NCBI GenBank assembly: GCA_048941285.1
Contig: JBHLNS010000005.1
Span: 32,001 to 96,000, forward strand
From: Promethearchaeota archaeon
GTDB taxonomy: Archaea > Asgardarchaeota > Lokiarchaeia > Sigyniarchaeales > SOKP01
DNA: 64,000 nt
Direction of reading: 5' to 3'
Part shown: positions 31,717 to 40,774 of the stretch, in pieces
Layout of the letters: each line of letters starts with the position of its first letter
Position numbering within the stretch: the first letter of the stretch is position 1
The notes under the pieces: generated by a model
Databases searched by the model: none
Seen by the model: only the letters and a program-made list of their open reading frames with translations
What the model was told of the DNA's origin: nothing
Program-made: the position numbers and the translations under genes

Positions 31717-32340
31717 TTAACCTATTATCTCATCATTAAAATGGCTCTCAAATTCTTTTGATCTTACCTTTGTAGCTTGTCTATACCTTTCAAAGCGATT
31801 TTCCCAATTTGCATCAATATTAAATGCCACTTTCGCAAATTCAAGTGATTTAATTGCTTTAGCTAATGCTTCTTGATCTTTTGGACGATATATTTTGATA
31901 GGATCTCCAAGAGCAATGTTATTCGGAGGAATAAAAGAATTTGCTGGAACAATTGTATTTGCATGGACAAATGCTCCGACTGCAACTGCAGCACCAGATT
32001 GTATAATAGCACCTTGCAAAATAGTAACACCTGTCGCTATATATGAATTTGATTCAACTTTACACCCTATCAGAGTTGATTGGGGTGAAATAAAGACATG
32101 ATCACCAATAATTACAGGATGTTCACGATTTCCTGATGCGCTAGCTCTGAGAACTGCATTTTCACATATTATCGAACATGTACCAATTTCAATCTTAGAC
32201 CCCTCTGAATTAAGAACAGATCCATACATTATTCTTGTATCTTTACCAATTGAAACTTTACCGATAACTGCCGCTGTAGGAGCTATAAATACAGAGGAAT
32301 CAAATTTGGGTTCGAACCCCCGATGTTTTATTATTATTAT
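31717..32340 (-). CDS. gamma-carbonic anhydrase/hexapeptide-repeat protein; probable ATA start
   Basis: Frame extends 37 codons upstream of 32229 (IIIIKHRGFEPKFDSSVFIAPTAAVIGKVSIG), with AGGTGA SD directly upstream. Confidence 0.8.
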   Translation of the reverse strand: MIIIKHRGFEPKFDSSVFIAPTAAVIGKVSIGKDTRIMYGSVLNSEGSKIEIGTCSIICENAVLRASASGNREHPVIIGDHVFISPQSTLIGCKVESNSYIATGVTILQGAIIQSGAAVAVGAFVHANTIVPANSFIPPNNIALGDPIKIYRPKDQEALAKAIKSLEFAKVAFNIDANWENRFERYRQATKVRSKEFESHFNDEIIG

Positions 32341-32506
32341 ATTTCACCTAATTATTTTTACAAACGTGTTGATTATTATATCAATTCTTCATAATTTAAT
32401 AGTTTTATAGGAAAATATGAGATTGATCAAATTAAAATTATTTACTAAATTAAAATTAAAATAAACAATGATTCAAACGAAGATTAACTAATAAAAAGAT
32501 ATAAAA

Positions 32507-33061
32507 ATGAAAAAAATAGATTTAAGCCCAAAAATTTCAACTTTTCCGATGCCTACGGCAGTTATTTCTGTAGGTACGGGAGAAGAAGCAAACTTAATAA
32601 CCTTAGCATACGTAGGAAAGGTTTGTTTTGATCCTCCGATAATTGCTGTGTCTATACAACCTAAGCGACATTCTTATAAATTAATTGAAAAACTCGGTGA
32701 ATTTGTACTTAATTATCCAACTGTAGATCAATTGAAAGAAACTGATTATATTGGTACACGTTCAGGGAGAGATGTAAATAAATGGAAAATATTGAATTTA
32801 ACTAAAGAAAAAGCTTCTTTGGTGCAAGTTCCAATGATAAAAGAATTTCCATGGAACATGGAATGTAAAGTAGTAAAAAGGGTCGAATTTGGTTCACACA
32901 TATGTTATTTTGGGGAAGTAGTTGCAACACATTCTGATCCGTATTATGTAAAAAATGAAGTATTAGACCCAGAAAAATTCAACTTTCCAGCATATATAGC
33001 AGGTAATTATCTCGAATTAAATAGAGGTGCTTTAGCAAGACATGGTTTTACGGTAGAATAA
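32507..33061 (+). CDS. flavin reductase family protein
   Basis: FPMP, GEFVLN, SGRDVNK, MECKV, GSH motifs. Confidence 0.85.
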   Translation: MKKIDLSPKISTFPMPTAVISVGTGEEANLITLAYVGKVCFDPPIIAVSIQPKRHSYKLIEKLGEFVLNYPTVDQLKETDYIGTRSGRDVNKWKILNLTKEKASLVQVPMIKEFPWNMECKVVKRVEFGSHICYFGEVVATHSDPYYVKNEVLDPEKFNFPAYIAGNYLELNRGALARHGFTVE

Positions 33062-33116
33062 TCCCCGAAAAGAAAAAATGAGTAAATAATTAACAAAACT
33101 TTTAAACAAATTTAAA

Positions 33117-33647
33117 ATGTCTAAAGATTCAATTGCTCTTATTGGTTTTATGGGAACAGGAAAAACAACTGTTGCTAAGGGTTTAGTTAAACTTCTTGGA
33201 AGCGAATATAATTTAATAGAAACAGATGAGTTAATAATTCAAGAAGTTGGTAAATCTATTCCCGAAATTTTCGAGGAGGAGGGAGAAGCTAAATTTCGGG
33301 AATATGAAATTTCAGTTTGTGATAAAGTCTCAAAATTAAACAAAGTGGTTATTTCTTGTGGGGGAGGAATTGTATTAAATCCAGTAAATATTGATAATTT
33401 AAGAAGAAATTGTCATATTATATTATTAACTGCATCTATTGAAGAAATATACAAACGTATAATGAAAAATGGAGAAAAATTTCGACCTTTAATAAAAAAA
33501 GAAGAGCCTTTGGAAGAGATTAAAAAGATTTTGGCTTATAGACAACCTTTATATGAGTCTTCTGCAGATATTATTGTTGATACTTCAGGAAAATTAATAA
33601 GTAAAATTGTAACTATGATCTTATTTGAACTGAAAAAACTTGATTAA
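33117..33647 (+). CDS. aroK: shikimate kinase, bacterial AroK type
   Basis: GFMGTGKTT, GEAKFRE, SCGGG, RPL, R..LY. Confidence 0.9.
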   Translation: MSKDSIALIGFMGTGKTTVAKGLVKLLGSEYNLIETDELIIQEVGKSIPEIFEEEGEAKFREYEISVCDKVSKLNKVVISCGGGIVLNPVNIDNLRRNCHIILLTASIEEIYKRIMKNGEKFRPLIKKEEPLEEIKKILAYRQPLYESSADIIVDTSGKLISKIVTMILFELKKLD

Positions 33648-33709
33648 TATTGATAATTTTTATAAAATTTTATTGATACAAATTTCTAATTAAAGCCATA
33701 TTTGAAAAA

Positions 33710-34261
33710 TTAAATTATTAATGTTATGAAAATCATTAACAAAGAAATTGCAGTAATTAAAACTATCCATGACATATGATATTCTTTTTGCAGCCTTTTT
33801 CTCTGCGTACGGTCAATCTTACCTCCTTTTATATAGGTGGGTGTATCAGTACCTGGTTCTACAATTTTCCAAACACGTCCCGCGGATATACCTAATCTGG
33901 CTAATGAACTTGCTGAGCCTTTTATCATATCAGCGACGTATATAATATCTAAGATACCAATAATAAGAAATCCTGACCATAATAAAGACCCATGGACCTC
34001 CGGTAAGGTTAATAATCCGAAAGAGAGTACTAAACCAAACAATACAATTCCATAACCTGGTGAAATATAATAAGGATTTTTTCTTAAAAATATAATTATT
34101 AATAATCCCACAAGTACTGCAATAAAAATATGGTTAATAATACTTAGAATAATATTACTAGCAACAACCCAAGCCGCAAAAATCAATACAAAAACGTTTA
34201 AAATAGCAATAGAAATATCTATATATTGAATAAAAGCTCTTCTTTTTATACCAGATGCCAA
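33710..34261 (-). CDS. hypothetical membrane protein
   Basis: Five hydrophobic segments. Confidence 0.6.
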   Translation of the reverse strand: MASGIKRRAFIQYIDISIAILNVFVLIFAAWVVASNIILSIINHIFIAVLVGLLIIIFLRKNPYYISPGYGIVLFGLVLSFGLLTLPEVHGSLLWSGFLIIGILDIIYVADMIKGSASSLARLGISAGRVWKIVEPGTDTPTYIKGGKIDRTQRKRLQKEYHMSWIVLITAISLLMIFITLII

Positions 34262-34509
34262 TTTTCATTCACCTACTATATACAATAAATTTCATAATAA
34301 AAATCTTTTGATTGAAATCCTAATTTTAAATACTTAAAAAAATATAAAATGTGTTTAAGTTTTTGAAAGTTGTACTAATGAAAATAACTTTTGATAAAGA
34401 AATTGAGAAGATAGTTCGGGAGCTTGCTATATATACCCATTTAAAAACCTATATTTAAATTTGCCAACTCTATTAAATATTTATAATAACAATAACAGAG
34501 TTAAGGATT

Positions 34510-34739
34510 ATGACAGAATATAAAAGAGCAAAATGTCCCCAATGTGGCAATGAGAACCCACGCAAGCTTCATGAAGAACCGGATAAAAATAATGTGCTAT
34601 ACTACAGCATAGGTAAAGCTATTTCAGCATACCGCTGAGGCAGGGCACTCCGGTTTATGCAAAATTTAAATTTACATAAAATTTAGAGGCAACATCCATG
34701 AAATGCGGGGATTGCGGGAGTCTGTTCAAGAAGAACTAA
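34510..34739 (+). CDS. 56-aa zinc-ribbon protein, three exons (34510-34610, 34640-34663, 34694-34739)
   Basis: Spliced product MTEYKRAKCPQCGNENPRKLHEEPDKNNVLYYSMQGTPVYAKSMKCGDCGSLFKKN. The two CxxC halves join only after removing two BHB-bounded segments. Confidence 0.8.
34611..34639 (+). other. 29-nt BHB-type mRNA intron (intron 1 of zinc-ribbon gene)
   Basis: Central helix CAGC/GCTG, bulges ATA and AGG, intron stem GGTA/TACC, exon stems GTGCT/GGCAC and CCGGA/TCCGG. Confidence 0.8.
34664..34693 (+). other. 30-nt relaxed BHB-type mRNA intron (intron 2 of zinc-ribbon gene)
   Basis: Central TGCA/GGCA (3 of 4 pairs), bulges AAA and ACA, intron hairpin TTTAAATTT/AAATTTAGA; contains an in-frame TAA. 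Confidence 0.72.
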
Positions 34740-34826
34740 ATTGTAAAAGTTATAATTTAATTTTTTATTTTTATAATTTTTATGTTAGGTAGTTTCATTT
34801 ATTATCCAATTTCATTATTTCTTATA

Positions 34827-36053
34827 TTAGATTAAAGATAAAACTATTTTATTTTGAGCTTTCAACATATCTTCCATAATAAGTTCCATCGCATCTTTGA
34901 TATCCGGATTATTATCAGGAATACTACGTTTAGCATTCACACTTGCCATAAGGACTTCATTTAGTCCACGTAAAATCATATCTGGGCTATACCAAGGTCT
35001 TTGTGAAGCCCACCATTGTTGACATGAGTGAATTCCGCGATCTAACAAATTTCTTGCGTTATCAAAGATCCTTTTCTTTTCATTATCCATTCCATCTCGA
35101 TATTTTGATGCTAAATGAATTAAGGTGAGGGCATACATAAAAAATCTATGTTGTTCAATATGTATTTCATTTTGCGGGTTGAACCATAATGGGAAAGGCA
35201 CGTCAGTAGCAATGTCATATGGCATTGTTGACCAACTTGAATCACGTGGAATTTGAGTAAACCCTTTAGGAAATCTATCTACTATTTCTGATAAAGTAGA
35301 TATTTTTATATCATGTCGATGAGGGAGTGCTTGAAACAATGGGATTAAAAAGTTACTTATTGCATGTTTAACATGGTGTCCAAAAGTTTCACCATCCATA
35401 GCTAGTATAACATAATAGTCTTGAGATGTTTGCTTGTAATATAGACGTTTAATAAATGAATCTATATTATTAATTTTATCAAAAGCGCAGTCAATTGAAA
35501 TATAATCATCCCTAAAAAGTAGCTTAAGTCCATTAGGATGGACTGATATATAATTCGTAGGAAATTCTGCGGATGTGTTAGCAATTCCACTCATAATTAT
35601 CCAATCAAAACCAGCTTTTTTCACGATTTTGAATACTTCTTCAGATACAGCCATTTCAGGAGGAAAAAATCCACGAGGATTATAAAGCTTCCCAAAGAAA
35701 TGTCTATTAGTATCATTATTTAAAATTATTTGGCGCTTAACTTCGGGTTCTGGGATTAAAGGAAGCAGAGGATGAAACTTTCCAGACCCAGTAAATTCAA
35801 TTTGTCCTTTAGAGGCTAAAGTAATAATTGCTCCAATTAAATCGTCATATCCAAAATCATGTAATTGTTCGGTTAATGTTCCATTAATGTTTAAAGTAAT
35901 TTTCGCCAGAGGGTTATCCCTTAATGCATCGATTATTGGCTTATAGGATTCATTTACTATTTGTTTGATTACTATTGGGATTTGAACTGGAGGTTGATAA
36001 ATATGAAATAAAAAGGCAAAATAAACGACCATATAATAAATTAAAAAATCCAC
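34827..36053 (-). CDS. glycoside hydrolase family 57 protein
   Basis: HIYQP, HPLLPL, FFPPEM, DGETFGH, SSW motifs. Confidence 0.87.
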   Translation of the reverse strand: MDFLIYYMVVYFAFLFHIYQPPVQIPIVIKQIVNESYKPIIDALRDNPLAKITLNINGTLTEQLHDFGYDDLIGAIITLASKGQIEFTGSGKFHPLLPLIPEPEVKRQIILNNDTNRHFFGKLYNPRGFFPPEMAVSEEVFKIVKKAGFDWIIMSGIANTSAEFPTNYISVHPNGLKLLFRDDYISIDCAFDKINNIDSFIKRLYYKQTSQDYYVILAMDGETFGHHVKHAISNFLIPLFQALPHRHDIKISTLSEIVDRFPKGFTQIPRDSSWSTMPYDIATDVPFPLWFNPQNEIHIEQHRFFMYALTLIHLASKYRDGMDNEKKRIFDNARNLLDRGIHSCQQWWASQRPWYSPDMILRGLNEVLMASVNAKRSIPDNNPDIKDAMELIMEDMLKAQNKIVLSLI

Positions 36054-36095
36054 TTTTTTTAATCTTCATAATTCTTACGCGTAATGATCATAAAA

Positions 36096-36842
36096 TTATT
36101 TTAAAATTAGATCATAGATTTCTCTCATCCTTTCGACACTAATTTGCCCTTCTGCTGTCTTTTCTTCTAAGAAAGCATAAGTCAAATGAGAACCTACAAT
36201 AATACAATTAATTCTAGAGAAAATCCCTAATTCTCCCATACAGAATGAGATAATTCTTTTATTAGAACTAGAGAATTCTTTACATAGTCTCAAAGGAATT
36301 AGATTATCGTCAAAGGTTTGAGCCGTAAAAACAATTTTATAGATGCTGTCTCTAATTAAATTTAGATCTAGGTTTAACTCTTGAGTCAGCTTTTTATTGA
36401 AATTGTCTATATATTTTGTTGTTTCATCAAAGGATAATGTCCTTTCGAAATTGTGGTATGAAAAAATCAATTTAACTCCGTTTTGATAAGCCAAATTGAT
36501 TATTTCAACTAAAAATTTGTCTTCAGTATTCATTTCAAAGTCAACATAATTAGGTCTAGCAAAAATAAACATTTTATAAATTTTGAATCGATCGTCTTGT
36601 TTTAATTGAATTTGACCTCCTTCAGATATATTTCTGAGGGTAAAGATAACTGAAGCATGGGGGTGAATTATAATCAATAAATTTCTTATGAACTCCATTG
36701 AAATGCTTTCAATATTTTGAATATAATCAAATCTCAATTCAATTAGATTAACTTTTGATTTTATTGCTTTATCAATTACTGGTTTCAGTTCTTTAATACT
36801 TGAATATCTAATTGGAATTGGAATACATAGATTATATTTCAT
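36096..36842 (-). CDS. aroD: type I 3-dehydroquinate dehydratase
   Basis: IELRFD, FTLR..EGG, SYHNF, MGELGIFSR, TAEGQ. Confidence 0.88.
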   Translation of the reverse strand: MKYNLCIPIPIRYSSIKELKPVIDKAIKSKVNLIELRFDYIQNIESISMEFIRNLLIIIHPHASVIFTLRNISEGGQIQLKQDDRFKIYKMFIFARPNYVDFEMNTEDKFLVEIINLAYQNGVKLIFSYHNFERTLSFDETTKYIDNFNKKLTQELNLDLNLIRDSIYKIVFTAQTFDDNLIPLRLCKEFSSSNKRIISFCMGELGIFSRINCIIVGSHLTYAFLEEKTAEGQISVERMREIYDLILK

Positions 36843-36868
36843 GATTTAGAATAAATAAAAAAGAAATT

Positions 36869-37513
36869 TTATATTCCTATTATTTTTTTTATATCATCAT
36901 TTGTAAAACTCAATGTATCTTTAGCATCAACTTTTTTCAGTTTTCCTCTTTTTTTATAATATTTAATGATTGGTTTGGCATTTTTTTCATAAGCGTCTAA
37001 TCTACTTTTTAGTGTTTCTTCATTGTCATCACTTCTTTGTTCAAATTTAATCTCAGCACCACATTTATCACAAATACCTTCAACTCTAGTGGGGAGAGTA
37101 TATTTGTTATAGATTTCTCCACAGTTCTTACAGCTAAATCGACCTAAAATTCTTTTAAATATAATATCTCTAGACACATGTAATAATAGAAGCAAATCTA
37201 TTTCTGTTATATCTGATAATGCTTCGGCTTGATGTAATGTTCGAGGAAATCCATCAAGGATAAATCCATTTTTTTTAACATCTTCTTTATTCAATCTATC
37301 CCGTACCATTTCTATAGTTACGTCATCAGGGACTAATTCTCCCTTATCCATATAACTTTTTGCTTTCATTCCCAAAGTCGTTTCGCTTTTTAAATTTTCT
37401 CGAAATATATCTCCAGTACTAATATGTACAATTTCTGGTACTACTTTTTTTATCTGCCCTGAAAAAGTGCCTTTTCCTGCTCCTGGTGGGCCAAATAAGA
37501 TTAATTTTTTCAT
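36869..37513 (-). CDS. adk: adenylate kinase, bacterial-type with zinc lid
   Basis: GPPGAGKGT, STGDIFR, LDGFPRT, CxxC...CDKC lid, RSDD. Confidence 0.92.
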   Translation of the reverse strand: MKKLILFGPPGAGKGTFSGQIKKVVPEIVHISTGDIFRENLKSETTLGMKAKSYMDKGELVPDDVTIEMVRDRLNKEDVKKNGFILDGFPRTLHQAEALSDITEIDLLLLLHVSRDIIFKRILGRFSCKNCGEIYNKYTLPTRVEGICDKCGAEIKFEQRSDDNEETLKSRLDAYEKNAKPIIKYYKKRGKLKKVDAKDTLSFTNDDIKKIIGI

Positions 37514-37596
37514 GATTATTCAAAGTTTTTTTTATTTGTAGATAAGTTAATAGGACATTAGTTAAAATCATTTTGTCCCACAGTATTTTAATATTT

Positions 37597-38184
37597 CTAT
37601 CCTGTAAAAAGTGAATATTCTATTTTTTTAGTTAAATAGTCAACTATTCTCTTTTCTCTTAAGCCAAATACGTTGGAAAAATCGTTTTTTATAGAAGAAC
37701 CATAGTAAGAATTACCAAAAAATGTTTTTGATCTCTTTATTGATTCTAATAGTAGTTTTTTATTTCCTATGTGAAGATAAATTGATATATCATTAATAAT
37801 TAAAATCTTTGTTGGATTTTCAGTAAAAATTTTTAATACTTTAAAAGTTTTTTTAAAATTATTACAAGCAATTTCATAAAGTTCTTTTTTATTTCGTGCT
37901 TTAAGTCGAGGGGGAATAATTCCTCCTTCAAGAGATATATTATTACAAATAATAGAATTTTCGTAGAAATCTATTATCTTACCTCCAATTTTAACATTAT
38001 TAATTAGTTCTTTTACAGGGGCAAAATCTAGAATACTTATTTCCTTTGGGTTGAATTTTTTTGTTTCTATGAGAAATTGGACAAATTTAGCAGTATAATA
38101 TGTCTTTTTTGTATCAGTTTCTCCATATAAGAGAGTCTTACTACCAATAAAATTTTCAAAGCTAAAATTATTTTGAGATAACAT
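37597..38184 (-). CDS. hypothetical protein, degenerate P-loop NTPase fold
   Basis: LLYGETDTKKT Walker A-like, ILIIND Walker B-like. Confidence 0.6.
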   Translation of the reverse strand: MLSQNNFSFENFIGSKTLLYGETDTKKTYYTAKFVQFLIETKKFNPKEISILDFAPVKELINNVKIGGKIIDFYENSIICNNISLEGGIIPPRLKARNKKELYEIACNNFKKTFKVLKIFTENPTKILIINDISIYLHIGNKKLLLESIKRSKTFFGNSYYGSSIKNDFSNVFGLREKRIVDYLTKKIEYSLFTG

Positions 38185-38196
38185 AAGTTAATTAAA

Positions 38197-38766
38197 TTAT
38201 TTTTGAAAGAAATCTTTCCATGAAATCCCTTGATGTTTCAATAATTTTAACATTAGAAATCCTAAAATAGATCCAGGTATACTAGCAGCAGCGAATACTC
38301 CCCACCAGTAAAATAGAGTGACTGGTGAAATAAAATTGGCGATAGTTGCTGCGATAAATACAGTGCCTATGGGATCTGTTAAGGCGGCATATTCCACGTA
38401 TTGGGGCTTTTTTTTTCGCAAAATATAGGCTGTGATTCCAACGATAAAAGCACCTGAAATACCTCCATGAAAAGCATGGATTGAGCCAATTCCTAGAGGA
38501 TATCTAAAAATTGCGATACCTAGGGAAGTTGTGCAAGCAAATGATACCCCTATTAGAACTCCCGTCATTCCATTAATAAAATGGGCCATGGGAAAAATTT
38601 TTGGACCTCCTAAAATCTCAACAAATGCAAAGGGATTGAAAAGGGCTAAAACAATGCCAATACATATAAAAATAGCACTTGTGGCTACCCTTTTCGTAAG
38701 GTTAGCTTGAATTAAATATTTCTCTTTTTCTTCACTAAGTTTTAAGTCAGAATTTGATTCATTCAT
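38197..38766 (-). CDS. thiW: ECF transporter substrate component ThiW
   Basis: FPMAHFIN, GSIHAFxGG, xPIGT motifs. Confidence 0.75.
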   Translation of the reverse strand: MNESNSDLKLSEEKEKYLIQANLTKRVATSAIFICIGIVLALFNPFAFVEILGGPKIFPMAHFINGMTGVLIGVSFACTTSLGIAIFRYPLGIGSIHAFHGGISGAFIVGITAYILRKKKPQYVEYAALTDPIGTVFIAATIANFISPVTLFYWWGVFAAASIPGSILGFLMLKLLKHQGISWKDFFQK

Positions 38767-38870
38767 TTTTTTAGATTCTTTAAGATATCTATTTTAATAT
38801 TTAGGTTACAATAATCTGAAAGATAAATTTCTTTAAAGTTTAATCATATTTTAAATTAATTTATAAATCA

Positions 38871-39563
38871 TTGATAAGAAAGATAAAGACTATGAAGCTT
38901 GGAGATAATAGTATAGAACCAACAAAAATTTTATGTTTAGGGCGTAATTATTTGGAACATGCAAAGGAAATGAAAGCAATGATTCCAAAGGAGCCAGTAT
39001 TTTTTGTCAAAACGTTAAATACATTAGTAACTGATGGGAATCCGATAATATACCCGAAAATATTGTACGAGAATCAAGAGTACAATCAAGTAGATCATGA
39101 AGTAGAATTGGCATTTATAATATCTCAGACTTGTAAAAATATTCAAGCTGAGAACGCCTATAAATATATCGAAGGTTATACAATTTTTCTTGACATTACT
39201 GCTAGAAAAATGCAGATAAGTGATAGAAGTATTAATTTACCATGGTATAGAAGCAAAAATTTCGATACTTTTGGACCTATTGGCCCAAGAATAACTCCTT
39301 GTGCCAACATAGTAGATCCTCATAATTTAGAAATTCAATTAATGATCAATGGAAATATTCGTCAAAAATCAAATACAAAAAATATGATCTTCAAAATCCC
39401 TAAAATCTTAGCATTTCTATCTAAATTTATTACTTTGGTTCCCGGGGATATTATCGCAACAGGTACTCCAAGTGGAGTTGGACCTATCCAACCAGGAGAT
39501 ATTATTGAAGCTTCTATAGAAAAAATAGGAAAAATTATACATAGCGTTATTCTGGAAGAATAA
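38871..39563 (+). CDS. fumarylacetoacetate hydrolase family protein
   Basis: GRNYLEH, DHEVEL, DITAR, KNFDTF, GDIIATGTPSGVG. Confidence 0.92.
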   Translation: MIRKIKTMKLGDNSIEPTKILCLGRNYLEHAKEMKAMIPKEPVFFVKTLNTLVTDGNPIIYPKILYENQEYNQVDHEVELAFIISQTCKNIQAENAYKYIEGYTIFLDITARKMQISDRSINLPWYRSKNFDTFGPIGPRITPCANIVDPHNLEIQLMINGNIRQKSNTKNMIFKIPKILAFLSKFITLVPGDIIATGTPSGVGPIQPGDIIEASIEKIGKIIHSVILEE

Positions 39564-39741
39564 TTTGAAGCACATATTGTTTAAATTAGTTTAATTCTAA
39601 TTTGGCATTATTTTCTGTTGATAAAAATAAGAAAATAATACCAAAAAGTGCATTAATAGCTTCTGAATCCTATAAAATTATTGATGAAATCATAAAATTC
39701 GCGACTTAAAATTTATTAAGAAAAATCAATACTAAAACATA

Positions 39742-39927
39742 ATGAATATAGAAGTTAGTGAAGATACTAAGAAAAAAATCTGTGAATTGATCTCGATACC
39801 TGGGATTGAAATCGAGGAAATTGTTAAAAAAGTAAATTTAGATTATGATACCATAATAGAGATTTTATCTGAGGAGTATTTTAGATGTAATCTCGACCAT
39901 GGACGCAGACTTTGTTGTAGATTTTAA
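39742..39927 (+). CDS. small hypothetical protein (61 aa)
   Basis: Protein-like composition with an HTH-like segment; fills an intergenic gap. Confidence 0.5.
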   Translation: MNIEVSEDTKKKICELISIPGIEIEEIVKKVNLDYDTIIEILSEEYFRCNLDHGRRLCCRF

Positions 39928-40237
39928 AATCATCCTTTTTCTCCCACATGAACTTGGAGGAATGACATAATTAGATTATCAAATAGTTTTAAACATATAA
40001 GGATATGATATTTTGTTTTAGATATTACATATGAATGATTTTAATAAAATTTTTTAATATTGTTATATTCTAAATCACACTAAGTTTAAAATATATTTTT
40101 CTAAGAAACTTAGGACGCAAATTAAAGCGGTTTCAATATATAATAGATATTGAATAAGTAATTCACGATAATTACGCGTTCTTGATCTTAGGAATATTTT
40201 TTAAATTATAATGAGAAAAATAAAACGGTGAGTTTAT

Positions 40238-40768
40238 GTGAGTGAAAAAGGAAAAATAATTGTAAAGGCCCTTGTGACAGGTGGGAGAGTATAAATTATC
40301 AATCACATCGATTAAGCCCCGAATGCGTCAGGAGGACCTCCTATTGGCCCAGCTGTTGGCCCGACAGGGATAAATATTAAAGATGTAGTTGATGAGATCA
40401 ACAAGCAAACTACTGTCTTTAAGGGACTAACGGTACCAGTTAGAATTGAATGTGACGCAGAAACAAAACAGTTTGAAATTTTTATTGAAACACCATCTAC
40501 AGCATCACTTTTACTTAAAGAAGTTGGTGCCGAAAAAGGAAGTTCTGCTGCTTCAGAACAAAAAATTGGTAATTTAACGCTTGAACAAATTCAAAACGTT
40601 GTTGATGGTAAAAAAGAGAAATTTTTAGAAAAGACTTATAAAGCTGCTATAAAATCAGTGTTAGGAACAGCATTATCTGTAGGTTTAACAGTTGAAGGAG
40701 AAGATCCTAGAATCATCCAAAAAAGAATTGAAAATGGAGAATACGATGATAAAATAAGAGGTGAATAA
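40238..40768 (+). CDS. rpl11: 50S ribosomal protein L11 (uL11), two exons (40238-40287, 40324-40768)
   Basis: GTG start with GGTGA SD. Spliced protein [39 protein letters not shown]...LGTALSVG (164 aa). First gene of the L11-L1-P0-P1 operon; absent from the ORF track because of two in-frame TAA codons. Confidence 0.92.
40288..40323 (+). other. 36-nt BHB/BHL-type mRNA intron in rpl11
   Basis: Central helix TGGG/CCCG, bulges AGA and AAT, exon stem TGAC/GTCA, inner hairpin AATC/GATT; stops at 40292 and 40313. Confidence 0.85.
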
Positions 40769-40774
40769 TAGAAT

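Noticed and set aside
34636-34638. Selenocysteine readthrough of the TGA in the zinc-ribbon ORF
   Set aside because: Readthrough hits TAG 16 codons later and never reaches the CGDC half; the intron model explains the locus fully.
40238-40768. rpl11 as a simple pseudogene or stop-readthrough gene
   Set aside because: Both stops are TAA and confined to one 36-nt insert with BHB boundaries; the flanking sequence is intact and in its normal operon.
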